Assembly (NCBI GenBank): GCA_003971905.1
Contig: RSEE01000061.1
Location: forward strand, 186,001-250,000
Origin: Moniliella sp. 'wahieum'
Taxonomy: Eukaryota
Direction: 5' to 3'
Length of the DNA: 64,000 nt
The position numbers and the translations under genes were made by a program. The notes beneath the pieces were generated by a model. It was not told the origin of the DNA, ran no database searches, and saw nothing but the letters and a program-made list of their open reading frames with translations. Shown here one piece after another: positions 1 to 12,519 of the stretch; the first letter of the stretch is position 1, and each line of letters opens with the position of its first letter.

Positions 1-862
1 CCAACACGTAGGCGGCGATCTTCGCCATGTAGTTTTTTCTTAAGGAGCAACGAGGCCACAAGATGCACGTGACATTTAGAGGTCGCGTACTGTTGCACGC
101 CTTTCACAACAATCTGCATGGCGGATCATGGGGAACCAAACCTCGTCGCGGGCATTGTCTCCTGCCAGGCTGAGAAGCAAGCGGATTGTGTCAATATACT
201 CCACACTCGTATACTCAGTTGCGCACTTTTTCCGTCAAGAAGGTGATATGAGTAAACCAGCAACTCTTGCTGCTTTGCCATTCAGCTGAAGGGAGAGAGA
301 AGAACGGTTTAGCGACAGCTGGTTAGTGCTGCCTTCAGTTCTTCTTGAAAAAGCTCCGTGACGTGGGGGAAATCAGCCTACGAGAGCCACACAGGTTTTC
401 TTCATCTCAACGTCTCGGCCATCTCCTTTTACAATCCTGTTGGTAATCGTGGCGTGCAAGGCGGGTATTGACGTCATCCACGTCTTCAAGACGCTTGCGC
501 ATGAAGTTGGTAACCGAAAAGTCAGCCAGGTTGGACGTGGCGGGGAGACATAGTAGGAAGAGAGGAGAGGTGGAAGTTATATCAGACTGACTCTCGCCAG
601 AGCACAGATGACGTCGATCGTTCGGATGTGCATCATCGATCATCGATGATTTCGACGATCCCTTGCAAGTTTCAACTGCAATGTGCCCGCTTGCCCGATC
701 TCTCCACTTGGGCCCTGGCAGCCCCGACGCTGGTCTGGCGGGCATGGTCTCTCATTCCGCCTCGGGCATTCCGCCAGTCTGGCATCGTTTGCTCTCCATC
801 TGCCGACAACATGCCTGCCCTTGCCTCCCTCCCCGCCGCCCACGCCACGCACCACCACTCCT

Positions 863-1181
863 ATGGCCTTTACGCCACTCACACCCAAGCCCTTCTTGGC
901 GCAGATGGTGGGAAAGAAGGTGGTTGTGAAGCTTAAGTGGGGCCTCGAGTACAGTGGGTACCTGGTCAGCACTGACAGCTACATGAACGTCCAGGTACGT
1001 CTTCTTTTTACAACGTCGCGTGGCTAGCTGTTGTTGCTAATCCTTGTGCCTCTCTCAGTTGACCAACACAGAGGAGATTCAAGACGGCGTATCGAACGGC
1101 ATGTTGGGCGAGGTGTTTGTCCGCTGCAACAATGTACTCTACTTCCGTGAAGTCGAAGAGCCAGAAGCACAAGTACCCTAA
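863..1181 (+). CDS. SMX3: Small nuclear ribonucleoprotein F (SmF), 2 exons (863-994, 1059-1181)
   Basis: [56 protein letters not shown] shows Sm1/Sm2 motifs; intron 995-1058 GTACGT..GCTAAT..CAG keeps the frame. Confidence 0.95.
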
Positions 1182-1296
1182 AACCCTATGGACGTGCTGC
1201 TACCGCGGCATGTGAAACATGTCAACATCAAGGAAACAGATGTAGAACCTAGGTCAGAACAGGTGGTCCGGAGCAGGGAGAGGGCGCCAGCAGGGC

Positions 1297-2119
1297 TTAG
1301 GCCGCCTCTTCGGCGGGAGGCTCGGCTGCGGGCTCGGCGGGCTTCTCAGCCTCCTGCATGTCCGACGTCCAGAGCGTCAGGTTATCCCGGAGCAGCTGCA
1401 TAATGAGCGTCGAGTCCTTGTACGATTCCTCCGAAAGCGTGTCGAGCTCGGCAATGGCATCGTCAAACGCCTGCTTGGCCAGGTGGCAGGCACGGTCGGG
1501 CGAGTTGAGAATCTCGTAGTAGAAGACGGAGAAGTTGAGCGCCAGGCCGAGGCGGATGGGGGGGTGGGAGCCAAGTCGGCGGTAGCCACCTCGGAAGCCT
1601 TCTGGTACGCCTCCAGCGACTGGTTGGCGCTTTCCTCGCGCGTCGCGCCCGTAGCAAACTCGGCGAGGTAGCGGTGGTAGTCGCCCTTCATCTTGTAGTA
1701 GAACACCTTGCTCTCCCGGAAGCAGCCGAGGGGATGAGGTGGGTGTCGAGAACGTTGAGGATGTCCTGGCAAATCTTGGCCAGTTCCGTCTCAATCTTCT
1801 CGCGGTAGGTCTTGACCAGACCGGCCTGGGAAGTATGGCCCTTGCTCTCCTCCTTCTGCTCGATGGATGACACGATCCGCCACGAGGCACGGCGAGCACC
1901 AATCACGTTCTTGTACGCAACCGACAGCAGGTTGCGCTCCTCAACCGTCAGCTCCTCGCCAGTGGAGGCAACGAGCTTCATGTGTTCCACCATTTCTAAC
2001 GACGGCAAAGGTCAGCTGCGCGGCCGGGAGACAAACGGGACAGGACACGCACCATCGTACCGCTCGGCTTGCTCGGCGAGCTTGGCAAGGTAGACATTGT
2101 CCTCACGGGGCGCAGACAT
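1297..2119 (-). CDS. BMH1: 14-3-3 protein (intron 1996-2052; apparent frameshifts near 1720 and 1560)
   Basis: [87 protein letters not shown] spread over three frames. Confidence 0.97.
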
Positions 2120-2691
2120 GGAGGGCGTAGCAGGGGGACGGGCGACAGGGTGGTGGAGGGGGGCTATCTCCGTGCCTGTCGGGCCACGCCCAGGAGCTTG
2201 AGCTTGAGCTGGGGCTAGGCACGCACCGTGGCGTAATGCCTGCACCCCGTACCGCGCCAGTGTGGCGGAGCCGGTCCAACCCTAGCGCCCATGTCCACGT
2301 CAGTACTCAGTTACTCAGTGCCCCGTCTGAGATCGAGTCTCAATATCTCAATTTCTCAATACTGCGTCAGTCTGTCCGTCCACATCTGCCCGCCCCTTTG
2401 TTGTGCGACTTGCGGGCGGGCGCCTGTTGCCACTCGGTGCCCCCAGGGGCGGGCTGCAACTAGCTTGAGCGGGATGGCCAGCTGCTGTGTGCCTCCGTTG
2501 CAGCCCCTTAATAGCCACAGGGTCTTCAAGGTTGGTCCTAGGCAGGCTTGCGGACGCTGCGCTCTGAATTGAACGCGTCTGTGTGTGGACTTTTCAAAAT
2601 GGGGGGCGATTGGTCCGGCGATATCAGGCGCAGCAGTGCCTCAAACGGTACGGTACCTCCCTCCCTCAGGCGGAGCACCGGAGCACAAAGA

Positions 2692-3951
2692 CTACCTCAG
2701 TGCCTCAAATCTCCCCCGAGTCAAGGCATGGAAGGCGTCATGCTCTTCAACGCATCCTTTGATCCCCTTTGTCCCATTCATCCGGGAGATGCGAGATTTT
2801 TTGTTACCAGTGCACTCGAAAGCATGCCGGGAGATGCGAGGTTTTTTGTTACCGGTGTTCTTGACAAGCATGTCATAGCCAGGCGATCGGCACAACACTC
2901 GCACCTGGGATCGCATAAGCACACGTATACTCACGTTCCTTCTGCCCCGCATAATAGCCTGCCAGTCCGCCTGGTGTAGAACATTACAAATGCCGGTGGA
3001 AGGAAATACCGAAGGCAACCATGGAGTGCAAGGTGAAGAGACGATGCGAATGTAAAGTTCAGGTTGCGTACAAGAATCTGAGCCGGAACGACGACGGCAA
3101 GGGGTGTCCAATCCATCCTGAACCCCTGAGGGCCTGAACTTGACGGACTCCAGCCTCCCCATCTCGTCAAATGTCCTGATGATGCTGTTTTTTGAGATGG
3201 CGGAGCAAGCTATCGACTCTCGAGAGAGAGAGGCCACATAAACTGCACACTGACCGCCCGTCCGAGTTGGGGGGGGGGGCAGCTGCCATGGAACTGGATC
3301 GAGACGGCGTGAGAGACGCAAGCCCCAATGGCCCAAGGCCAATGTTGCCCCCGCAGCTTGCACTTGAGAGGCATGTTTGCGTTTCATGTGCCGCGTGAGG
3401 CTGTCCATTCGGCTCACCGTGATCCCGCACAACGTACAGGGAAACGTACCCTTTGTTCGTGCCCGCCCACCTGAAGAAGCAGCCTCCAAAGTGGTCTTGG
3501 CAATGAGGCGCCGTGCGCGCCTGATGGGGCGGTTGGGGCCAAGGGTACCAGCAGGGGCAGGCGCCAGGGCGGGGACGTGGAGTGCTGATGGCATATCCCT
3601 CTTTGTACCGCAGGACCCGTTGAGGCCGCAGTCGCAGGCAACGTGCTCCAGGAGTTTGGGTCACTCAAGGATCCTTCGGGCCATAGGAATCCGGCTGAAG
3701 GGGGGGGTAGGAAGGGCAGGGAATGATGATGGAAGCTGTTCCATCGAATTTGCATGAGCCATTTGTGGGAGAACAGTCAGAGGGGAAAGTGGGATGTGGC
3801 CAGGAATATGGTGGCTGAGGTGGCCAGTGGCCATAGAGAGGGAGGTAAGGTTTACGCCACACCCCATGGGGCAGGGGAAGGGGAACCCGTCCTCAGATGT
3901 TTTCGCAGTGAGCGGTTGCGAGAAATGTGTTGGTGGCAAGATAGTGAACAT
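2692..3951 (-). CDS. C2H2 zinc-finger protein (three fingers; frameshifted, ends uncertain)
   Basis: FPCPMGC..HLSHH; FPCTLCGITVSRMDSLTRHMKRKH; SVCSLCGLSLSRVDSLLRHLKKQHH in overlapping minus-strand ORFs. Confidence 0.7.
2782..2872. repeat. Tandem duplication of ~45 bp
   Basis: ccgggagatgcgag(a/g)ttttttgttacc(a/g)gtg..agcatg at 2782 and 2827; reads TGNKKxRISR twice on the minus strand. Confidence 0.85.
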
Positions 3952-5796
3952 GTCACTTGCTCTGAATGGCTGTAGCGGTCTGTCAGCATCCGTTCGGATC
4001 GTTCAGATGGCCGTTAATTTTTTCAGGGAGGGAGGGAGGGGAAGGCGTACGCATGGCACACTAGATTGCATCAGATGGACGGCAGGGGGGGCGAGAGACC
4101 GGATAGGATGGTGGGGCGATGGTTCGAGAGCTGCTGAGCGTTTGTGCGTGAGTGAGCTGAGCGTTTGTGTCCTAATACAACCGAGCGCTCAAACACCGCT
4201 ACCGGATTAGCAGATGCGTAATAGCGTTTGTATGACCTGGCTGTGTACCATTATGTGATGGTGGTTATCACTTTGCATATGCACCGGCGCATACTCCATG
4301 TAGTGTAAGACTCACAGTACTGGACCTCAGTGCAGGCTATACTGGCAAAGGCTACCTCTGACAATGCTCCAGGAACTCATTTCATGCACTGTTCCACCTA
4401 TATATTGTGTGTTCAGGCTGAGCGCGCTGAGCACGAGTAGCGCTGAGCCTCAGCGCTGATGTCGGTTCTTTTGCAGCTCATGCGCTCGCAAGACGATTTC
4501 GGTGCGCTTGAGGGTGACGCATTAAATTGGCATCGAGACGCTCGATCTGCGCTGCCTCTCAGACGCTCTCCTGTCCTCGGCTTTGACCCCGACGCCGGCC
4601 GATGCACCCACCCTGCCAACTGACTATCTGGCTTGTAACTACATATCCTCCCTTTCGTCCTCTATATACTCGTTCAAGCTCGATCGAGCATCGAGACCAT
4701 CTAGGATGCGCCAACATCGTTCCCTCCGCTGGTCATGCATCATGCATCACACGTCAAGCCGGCAGGCCCCAGGGGCATCAATCATTAATCAAGGCCCAGG
4801 CCGGCGCCGTCGTCTTACCCGCGTCGCGCCTTGGCATACCGTAGCTGCCGTCGCCCCTCGTCGCTCCTGTGGCCAACGTTCAACGTGACAACAGCATGCA
4901 TGTCAAAACGTGTACGTTCAACCACGGCATATACGTACTTGCTTTTAGACGCTAAACTCACGCGTCACATGTCCAACCAACCGCGATTCTCTCAAGTTCT
5001 CATCGAGATGATTGATTATCGAACGATTGGGACAGCTCAATCAGTACTCCGTACCGTACGGGTTGACGCGTTGACGTTTTCTTCAGCCCCATTAAGCTCA
5101 TCAAGCTATGCATTAAGCTTCCAGCTTCCAGCTTGAAGCTCTAACGTATTTCCCGCCATCTTCTCCCCCTGTGGAGAGAACGGAGCTGTGCAGCCGATAC
5201 TAGCAAGTGAGCCGCTCATGCGCCCATGCCGCTCATGTGGCGCAAGAGTCTTCACAGAGGCCTCCACGCGGAAGCATCTTCCACACTCTGAATTCGCCTC
5301 TCTCATGGGAGGGCAAGGGTTCCTCTTTCTAGACTATCCTGTATGTTGGACAAAACTCGTGGCTCATTTATTCCCAACGGCTCGACGCCACTCGTCGGAT
5401 TTGGGATGCTCATCGAGCTCATCTTCAGCTCATCTTTCCCTGCATCTCCGCAACCTCTGCGTTACTGGTCTTTTCCTTCGTGTCTTAAGCAATTTACCAT
5501 TTGCTAGTACCATATGCTATTAGTATAGCGGTGCGCTGCGACGACAATATTGTACCAATAACCCTCAGCATCGCACCAATCGATACAAACACCCACCTTC
5601 CACCTCTTGTATCAATAGGTGATCCGGCGGGTCACAGAAGGATAAGGTTGGTCGTGTTAACGGTGGGGTAGGGGGCGTTGAGTAGGAAAGCGACACTCGA
5701 ACGAGGCTCTTCCACTTACTTTTCTTCACCAGTGCGATGGGGGGCGGGACATGAGCATAGTCGTGTCCAGGCCCTTGATAGTGGCCGTGGTCAAGG

Positions 5797-7915
5797 TCAT
5801 GCGCTTGATCTGGAGGGATCGGGATCTTGATCTTGATCTGGGCATTGGTCGAGGTCGGGGTGTTGATCTGTGTTTGGATCTGGGTCTGGTCCGTGGTGAT
5901 GGTAGGGAACCAATGTGGACCGAACGGAGCCCAGTCGTCGGGACGACGTGCCTTGTCCGCGCTGCTCCGAAACTGAGTGGCGTCGGCCCAGGGGAGCCAG
6001 CGCGCGGTCGTGCCGCGCTTGCAACTCTCCGACCATGATGGAGTTGCGCCGAGTCAACTCAGGACCCAAGGGCACGTTTCGCTTGGACGTCCGCCTCGAC
6101 GTTGCCTTGCCCCGTGTGCGAGGGGTGGAGCTGGAGCTGGTGCGGGTCCGAGAGGCGGGAAGAGCACTCGGCGGTCGCGGAGAAACAAAGTCGGGATCAA
6201 CAAAGGTAGGCGCGGTGCGCCATCGGAATAGCGTCAGAGGTACCTCGCCCAGGTGGGGAAGCGCCGCGCTGGCTACCTGGTTCGGCAGCCAGAGCCGGAC
6301 AAGGTCCGAGAGACGCACCGCACCGCGGTCGAGGGGAACAGCTTGTTGGCACTCCTTCCACCACGATAGCGAGCTGAGCGGCGCGGCAAAGTACACTTGG
6401 CTCGCAAAGAGGACGAGGCCAACGCCAGCGAGGAGAGGAGTGGTCAGCCGCAGTTCACTCAACCTCTCCCCTTGGAGGAGAGAGACGAGGTGGGCTGCCA
6501 ATGGCTGCGCACGATCCTCCCGACCGTCGTGAAGAAGGAGAAGGAGACAGGCCGTTTGGCCCAAGAGGTAGTCAAAGTAGAAACAGGCCTCCTCTGCACT
6601 GAGAGGCGCGTGTCCAAGTGATTTGTTCGAGCATTGTCCTAGTCTGTGCCAACTGGGTGGTACTGGGGTCCCGCCACGCGGGCGGGAGCGCCTCCGTCCA
6701 GGCCTGCTGGGCTGCTTGCGCCGCCGCCTTCCCTCCCCGGGCGATCATGGTGGCCCCAGCAAAGGCGGCTGCGCCCAGACGGAGGGCGACCAACCCATTC
6801 TCCTCCCTCTGGACCGATAGGAAAGAGCGGTCGAGAAAGTGGAGTGGGACGTAGGCGTAGAGCGACGCACTGATCAACGTGCCTACCAAGCTGATTCCCA
6901 AGGTTTGGCGAAGCGTGTGGGCAAAGGGCCCCTCCTCCTTGGGCGAAAGGTGGACGCGCCTCTGAACGCGAGCGAGGGCCACCTGACAGAGTTCATTCGC
7001 CGTACCCGTCTCTCCCATGGAGAGGTAATAGTGGGAGAGGAGCACGTGTGCACATACAGCAAGCATCTCCTCTTCCGAAGACGACATGTCGCCCCTCTGT
7101 TGTTTTGCAGTTGCAGACGCGCATATTCGGCCCAATGTTGTCCCATGACGCCCAGCTGGTAAGCCGTGTCCTCGTGCCACCGGGGAAACGCCATATCCTT
7201 GTCAGACACGGAGGACGAAATAGGATGGGGAAAAGGTTGCAATTTCCCGCGGTGACCAGGTTGGTCTCTAGCACGGCGGCGAGGGCCAAGACGGCATACT
7301 TGGTGGCCACTTGGGTCCCGCTCTGCATCTTGGGAGGGGGAAGGCATCAATCGTGCTGCGGGGCACAGCCAAGCAGAGTGGGAAAGCGTAGAGCTGGTAA
7401 ATGGCGAGGAGATGGTCTTGGTGATCCGGGGCGACGGAGGGCTTGCTCATGGCCAGCAGGGGGACCGGCATCTCCATGGTGCGCATCAGGGTCGGATCGT
7501 ACGTTTCGCCCGAGTGGTTCAGACTAATATATGGAGGACGGTCAGCCAGCAGGCGCGATAGCATGCATGATGAGAGAGAAAGACGGACGTACTTGTACCG
7601 ACAGTGCAGAATCGTACCCCTGTCCTGGCAGTTGGAGCACGGCATGCCCCCATCACACCCGCGCTTGCCGCGGCGGCAAGGGTGGCAAGCAAGTGTGCGC
7701 GTTTCTGCTTTTTGCTGGCGCGCGTGGAAATCGAGCGGCGCATCGTCCTCGCGCAGGGCATCGACGGGCGTACCTGGGAACGGATCGGAAGCGTCGGACC
7801 GGCCCTCCTCGTGCTCGGGATCGGGCGTGGACTCGTCTGGGCGGAGACGCTTGACGGGCCGGGGGGGTAAGATGCGCGGCAAGGACGACGGCGTGGCGTC
7901 ACTGGGCCCGGACAT
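5797..7915 (-). CDS. Zn(II)2Cys6 fungal transcription factor (frameshifted; 3' end uncertain)
   Basis: ACHPCRRGKRGCDGGMPCSNCQDRGTILHCRY binuclear cluster after ATG 7915; GTACGT donor at 7592; downstream helical ORFs on the same strand. Confidence 0.8.
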
Positions 7916-8625
7916 GGGAGGGACGAGGGGAGATTGTGGGAACAGGCAGCAGTGTGGAAGCGAGCGGAGCGGAGGCGGGGTGGGGCGGAGTGGACGGAGC
8001 ACGAGGCAGGACGAAGCCGGCGGCACTGGGGAGGGAGCCGGCGTAATTGCGGCTGAAGAGGCTGATGCACTGATGTTTACTGATTCACAGCCACCGGCTG
8101 GTGCATGCATCCGCCGGCCTGTCTGTGGGCGTCTGCGTGTCAGCAACTGGGTACGCGAGCGCCTACGCTGCACCGGCTTAGCGCTTAACCCCGCAGCGCG
8201 CGGACGGAATGTGCGGATGGAATGCGGCAGGTGCGCCCCCCGCGCGGGCGAGGGCGGGGATAGGCCCCGCGTGGCGGACACTGGCGCAGTGCATGCATGC
8301 GGGCGTGTCTGGCGTTGCCTTCGCCCCGTGCGTGCTCCCACGCCCTGCTACGCCCGCCGCTCGCCAGCCACGCATCGGCTCCGGCGGGAGTGCCTCGTGC
8401 CAGCCGCAGCCAGCCGCTTACATCAGCGGCTGCGGCTCCAATGGGACACTGCGTGGCTGAGCTCAGCGATACCGACACGCCTGGATAGATTACCGCGTGG
8501 CGCATCCTGACCAATCGGACCTCGACCAGCGTCAAGCAAGTTACAAGGTAGGACTCTGCTGCTCGGCCACCCACACATAGATCATGGCATCCACTGGGTA
8601 TCTGCCGGCCACCGCCAGCAACACG

Positions 8626-8669
8626 AGAATAGCACCAGAATAGCACCAGAATAGCACCAGAATAGCACC
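8626..8669. repeat. (AGAATAGCACC)x4 minisatellite
   Basis: Four perfect 11-bp copies. Confidence 0.95.
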
Positions 8670-8670
8670 C

Positions 8671-11579
8671 CTACCAGTCGTGCAGCCGCCGCGGCGCACG
8701 CCGGTCATCCAAGCTGCCTACATAGTAGCCCTCGGGCGAGCGCATCCGCTGCACCGCCGACACGGGCCGCGTCCCACCTGCCCCCGCCCGCCGCGACCGC
8801 ACCGGCACCGGCACCGGCAAAGGCACCGGCACGCTCGCCGTCGCCGTCTTGCGCTGCGCGATCCCAAGCAGAGAAGCGTTGCGTCCACTGCTGCTGGACG
8901 AACTCTTGTTGGCCACACTGACCCCGCCCGCCGAAGACGCCGACAAGGCGAGCGAGGCAGGCGTGATCAGCCGCATCCGGTCGCCCCCGCCGCGTGCTTG
9001 GCTTTGGAATGTGGACCGCAAGCTCGTATCCGACACGTTGCGGCGTAGCACGGGCGCCGATGCCCCGTCGCGCAGATGAGCCACCTCGGCATCATCCACG
9101 ATCCGCGACAGGCGAACCGTGTGACCCCGTTTTCTCGCTCCCCCGGCGCACCCATGAAGATTTCCTTTAGCTTTGCACTCTGGGCGCGGGACAGACGCGC
9201 GGTCCGTTGCGACGGCAGCCCAGTCACCTCTCTCTGCGGCGACGGGCCTTGCGAGCCAAACAAGACACTCTCTTCCCGCTCCAGCGGCGGAGGGCGGCCT
9301 TGGGGCAGAGCGACGGCAGTGACGGGCGTTACTACTTCGCCTGCCAACGCTGTGGAAAGCGGGCGATGCGTTTCGCCCGACCCTGCCGAAGGCGCCGGCG
9401 AGTTGGTCATGCCGGCTTCACAGGGGTCGTAGACCATCCCCAATCCCAGCACTGGAGGCGCTTGGTGTTCCGACAAGTCGCGGGGACCAAATACTTTGCT
9501 GAGCCAGCTGCCCGATTGCTTTTCCAGCGGGGCCAAGCCCAGCAGTTCTTGCAAAAACCGCGCGGCCAGCGCCGGCTGCAGATGAATCTCATTGATCGTC
9601 AGACGCAGACGCCCAAGTTCAGAGAGTGCGTTGCGTAAGAGCGTGAGCAAGCTAAAGAAATCTTTGCGTGTCACCAAGCTCTCCCCGCGTCCGTGGGGCA
9701 GAGGATTGCGCGTCTCTGCCTCGATCAAGCTGCGGAAATGGTCCTTGAGTCCTTCTGTGTCGCGCAAAATGGAACGGACGGTCGTTTGGGCTAGGTGCTT
9801 GACAGCCTCTTCCCCTCCTGGAAGATTTTGCCGTGCCAAACGATGGTGCAGCGTGAGCACATCGGCCGCCAAAAGACGATGAGAGCAGCCGCTGCACCGT
9901 CTCCAGGAGCGTGGAGAGTTGTGCCGTGCGAGGATCACGCCGGCGCTCTTCCCCTACGGATAGTTCGGCCACAAGAGAGGGAGCATCAACTTGGGGCATG
10001 GCCGGGCGTGATCGCAGCGAAGGCAAGAGCGAGGAATGAGAGAGAGGGGACGTATCAATTGAGTTGGCGCGCATTTCGGTCCCCGTTTCGGAAGAGGGTT
10101 CGGGTTCGGGTTCAAGCTCAGGTTCAGGTTCAGGTTCAGGTTCAGGTTCAGGTTCAGCTTCAAGCTCAGGTTCAGGCTTGACCACGGCCAAGGCAGGACC
10201 GGAAGGCATAGACCATTGCGATTCAATTGCCGATCCGCGCTGCTTATCATCCGTGGACAAGTACGAAGCACCGGGGGCAAAGGGAGGGGAAGCGCTGCTC
10301 CACGGGGCGTGGATGGAGGATTCCAACCCCCCAAAACGGGACAACAAGTCGTCGTCAAAGTTGCTCCGTTTCATAGGCGAAAGTTGAGGCCCCAAGGATC
10401 AAATCCGATGGATGTAGAAAGAGAAGGGGTAGTCCCCAACACGGATAACTGTTCCTCCTTCTCCTGTAGGGAAACCTTGAGCTCCCGTACCTCCGCCTGA
10501 AGCCCTTCGTTGTCCCGTACCAGCTGGATTAGAACGCGTACCGCATCGGCATCATGTGTGGGCTGCTGAACCGTCTGCGCAATCACCTCGCGCGCTCGCA
10601 CCAGCGTTGCGGTTTCTCCTCCTTCCCAGTCGGGGATGAGAGAAAAGAGGTGTTGCTCCAAGAGGACGAGCCTACTGCGGGCGGTAACGCCCTGCTGCTC
10701 CAATTCCGATATCTTATGCTCCAAGCGATGAATCAGCGCCTTGGCATGCTCCTCGCGCTCAAGCACACATTGCAGGTCTTGTTGCACCCCATCGAGCTCG
10801 CGCAGGGTCTGTTCCGATCGCATCGATGCGAGGGACCAGGCGTGCCGTTCTCGCTGGACCGCCTTGAGCTGCGACCGGGCCTCATCCAGCTCGGCAAGAA
10901 GCGCGCGGTTGCTTCGCTCGGTCGCCTCGAGGTTGAGAGTGAGCTGGTCGCGCTCATGGCTGAGGCTCACCGACTCGTTGATCGTCTCGGTCAGGCGCGA
11001 GACGAGTTTGTCACGTACCCGCTCCAGCCCGCCATTCTCGGCTGTCAACTCGTCGTTGCGCTTGACCAACGCCAGTCCAATCTCTGCCTCGATGTTAGTG
11101 CTTTGGGTCACAGGGGGTGCTATGGCCACGTACCAGCAGCTAAGCGGAGATTGTTCTGCACCTCGTTCTCCTGACTCCGGCAGGGGCAGTCTTCGCCGCA
11201 GAGGAGGCTCGCCGATAGCGTGGACACGGGCGAGCTGGTCAAAGGACGGGGAAGCGTAGCGATCCGAGCGCGGTGGGCCAGGGTGGAGATCTGGCGTGAC
11301 GTACGCGGGTGCACGGCGGGCAGATGGTCCTCCGAGACCCACTCGGGTGCAAGCAGCTCCCTGCTATGCCCAGGAGAGGAGCTCGGCTCATGCAACGGGG
11401 TGCTGGGCGCACTACCCACGTCAGGGGTCGAGATGACAGGGAGGATGGCGGCGGGGGCAGGGGGGGCACACTGGGCGGCGGGGCGGGGGGGGCGAGCTGG
11501 TCAGCAGGAAGAGGGCGATGGCGCGCGCGCGCGCCTTGCTCCGGCACGGGCGCGGGTGCACATCAGTGCGCCCGTCCAT
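8671..11579 (-). CDS. Long coiled-coil protein with CC1-box-like motif and (PE)n tract (frameshifted; start uncertain)
   Basis: Splicing intron 11084-11133 gives EVQNNLRLAAEIGLALVKRNDEL followed by heptad-rich ORFs 10371-11342 and 8967-9938. Confidence 0.7.
10097..10176. repeat. Coding hexamer repeat (GGTTCA)n encoding EPEPEP on the minus strand
   Basis: ggttcaggttcaggttca.. run. Confidence 0.9.
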
Positions 11580-12519
11580 GGTGCACACGGGGAAGGCGGG
11601 AAGGGTGTGGTGGAGATGGAGATGGAGGCGGAGAAGCGGGCTACACGGGGGCCATGCACAGGCGCTCGAGTTGTCCGATGGGCTGCGTCGGGGCAAAGGA
11701 TGGGGTGGCTTGGGGCCGTCGCAGTACCCCTGAGGCTGACGCCTGGCCAGATCAACCGATCAATCAATCAGAGGATAATAATCGAAGCTGGCCTGAGGCG
11801 CTGCCAGCTGCCCCACCGTTTATTACGCCTGCGCCGCCGGCTTGAGCGCAAAATACAATCCCTCGTCCTCTCTGCTCGTACGTACATCCGTCCCCAAAGC
11901 CCGCCCACCGCTCACCCCATCACTTCGATGCCTGCCCCGCCCATCTACAGCTGCCTCCTCCATCCACCAAGACGGCTCGGGGCGACGCGCTAAACAGCTA
12001 CCACTGATGGTATTGTCCTCAGCAAGCGTGTTGATCGTACCAGGAGAGGCAAGGCACATCAGCAGGGCAGGTGCTTATCGTACAGGGTCTGTCCCCCCCC
12101 CCGCGCGGTCCAGGCGACGCAGGGGCCAGGGCCAAGTAGCGAGCCGTCTTGCCGGATGATCGATCATCGATGAGGAGCGGCTTGGCCCCCCAAGTGTCTT
12201 CTTGCTCTTGCAAATGGCCCATCCACCTAACCGTCCCCGTCCAAGCAAGCCAGCCTCAATTTAGATCTGCAGCCCACTCGGCGCTCAGGCCTCAGGTATG
12301 GATGACCTGAGTAGCGCCGCGATCACACACCTCCGTTGGAACCGCGGCAGGGAGGCAATGGTAACCGATCCTGTACCGTACCGGCACGCTAGTCCTTTCC
12401 AAGCCCATTGCCGGTAGAAAAGCTGCGGGGGACTGGAGTCCCTTGGCACTCTGGGCGAATTGGGCCGGGTACCCGAGATCAGGTCAAGCGCCAGGGCAGC
12501 GTCGCGAAGAAATCCATAG

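Noticed and set aside
1..600. Possible minus-strand gene fragment at the window start
   Set aside because: Short interrupted ORFs with no motif I can assign.
7443..8510. Long plus-strand ORF (and similar long ORFs such as 14153-15109, 15331-16581, 32575-33444, 62488-63264)
   Set aside because: Antisense or alternative-frame shadows of real genes in GC-rich DNA; no recognisable motifs.
8626..8669. CRISPR-like array
   Set aside because: Contiguous 11-bp tandem repeat with no spacers, in a eukaryotic genome.
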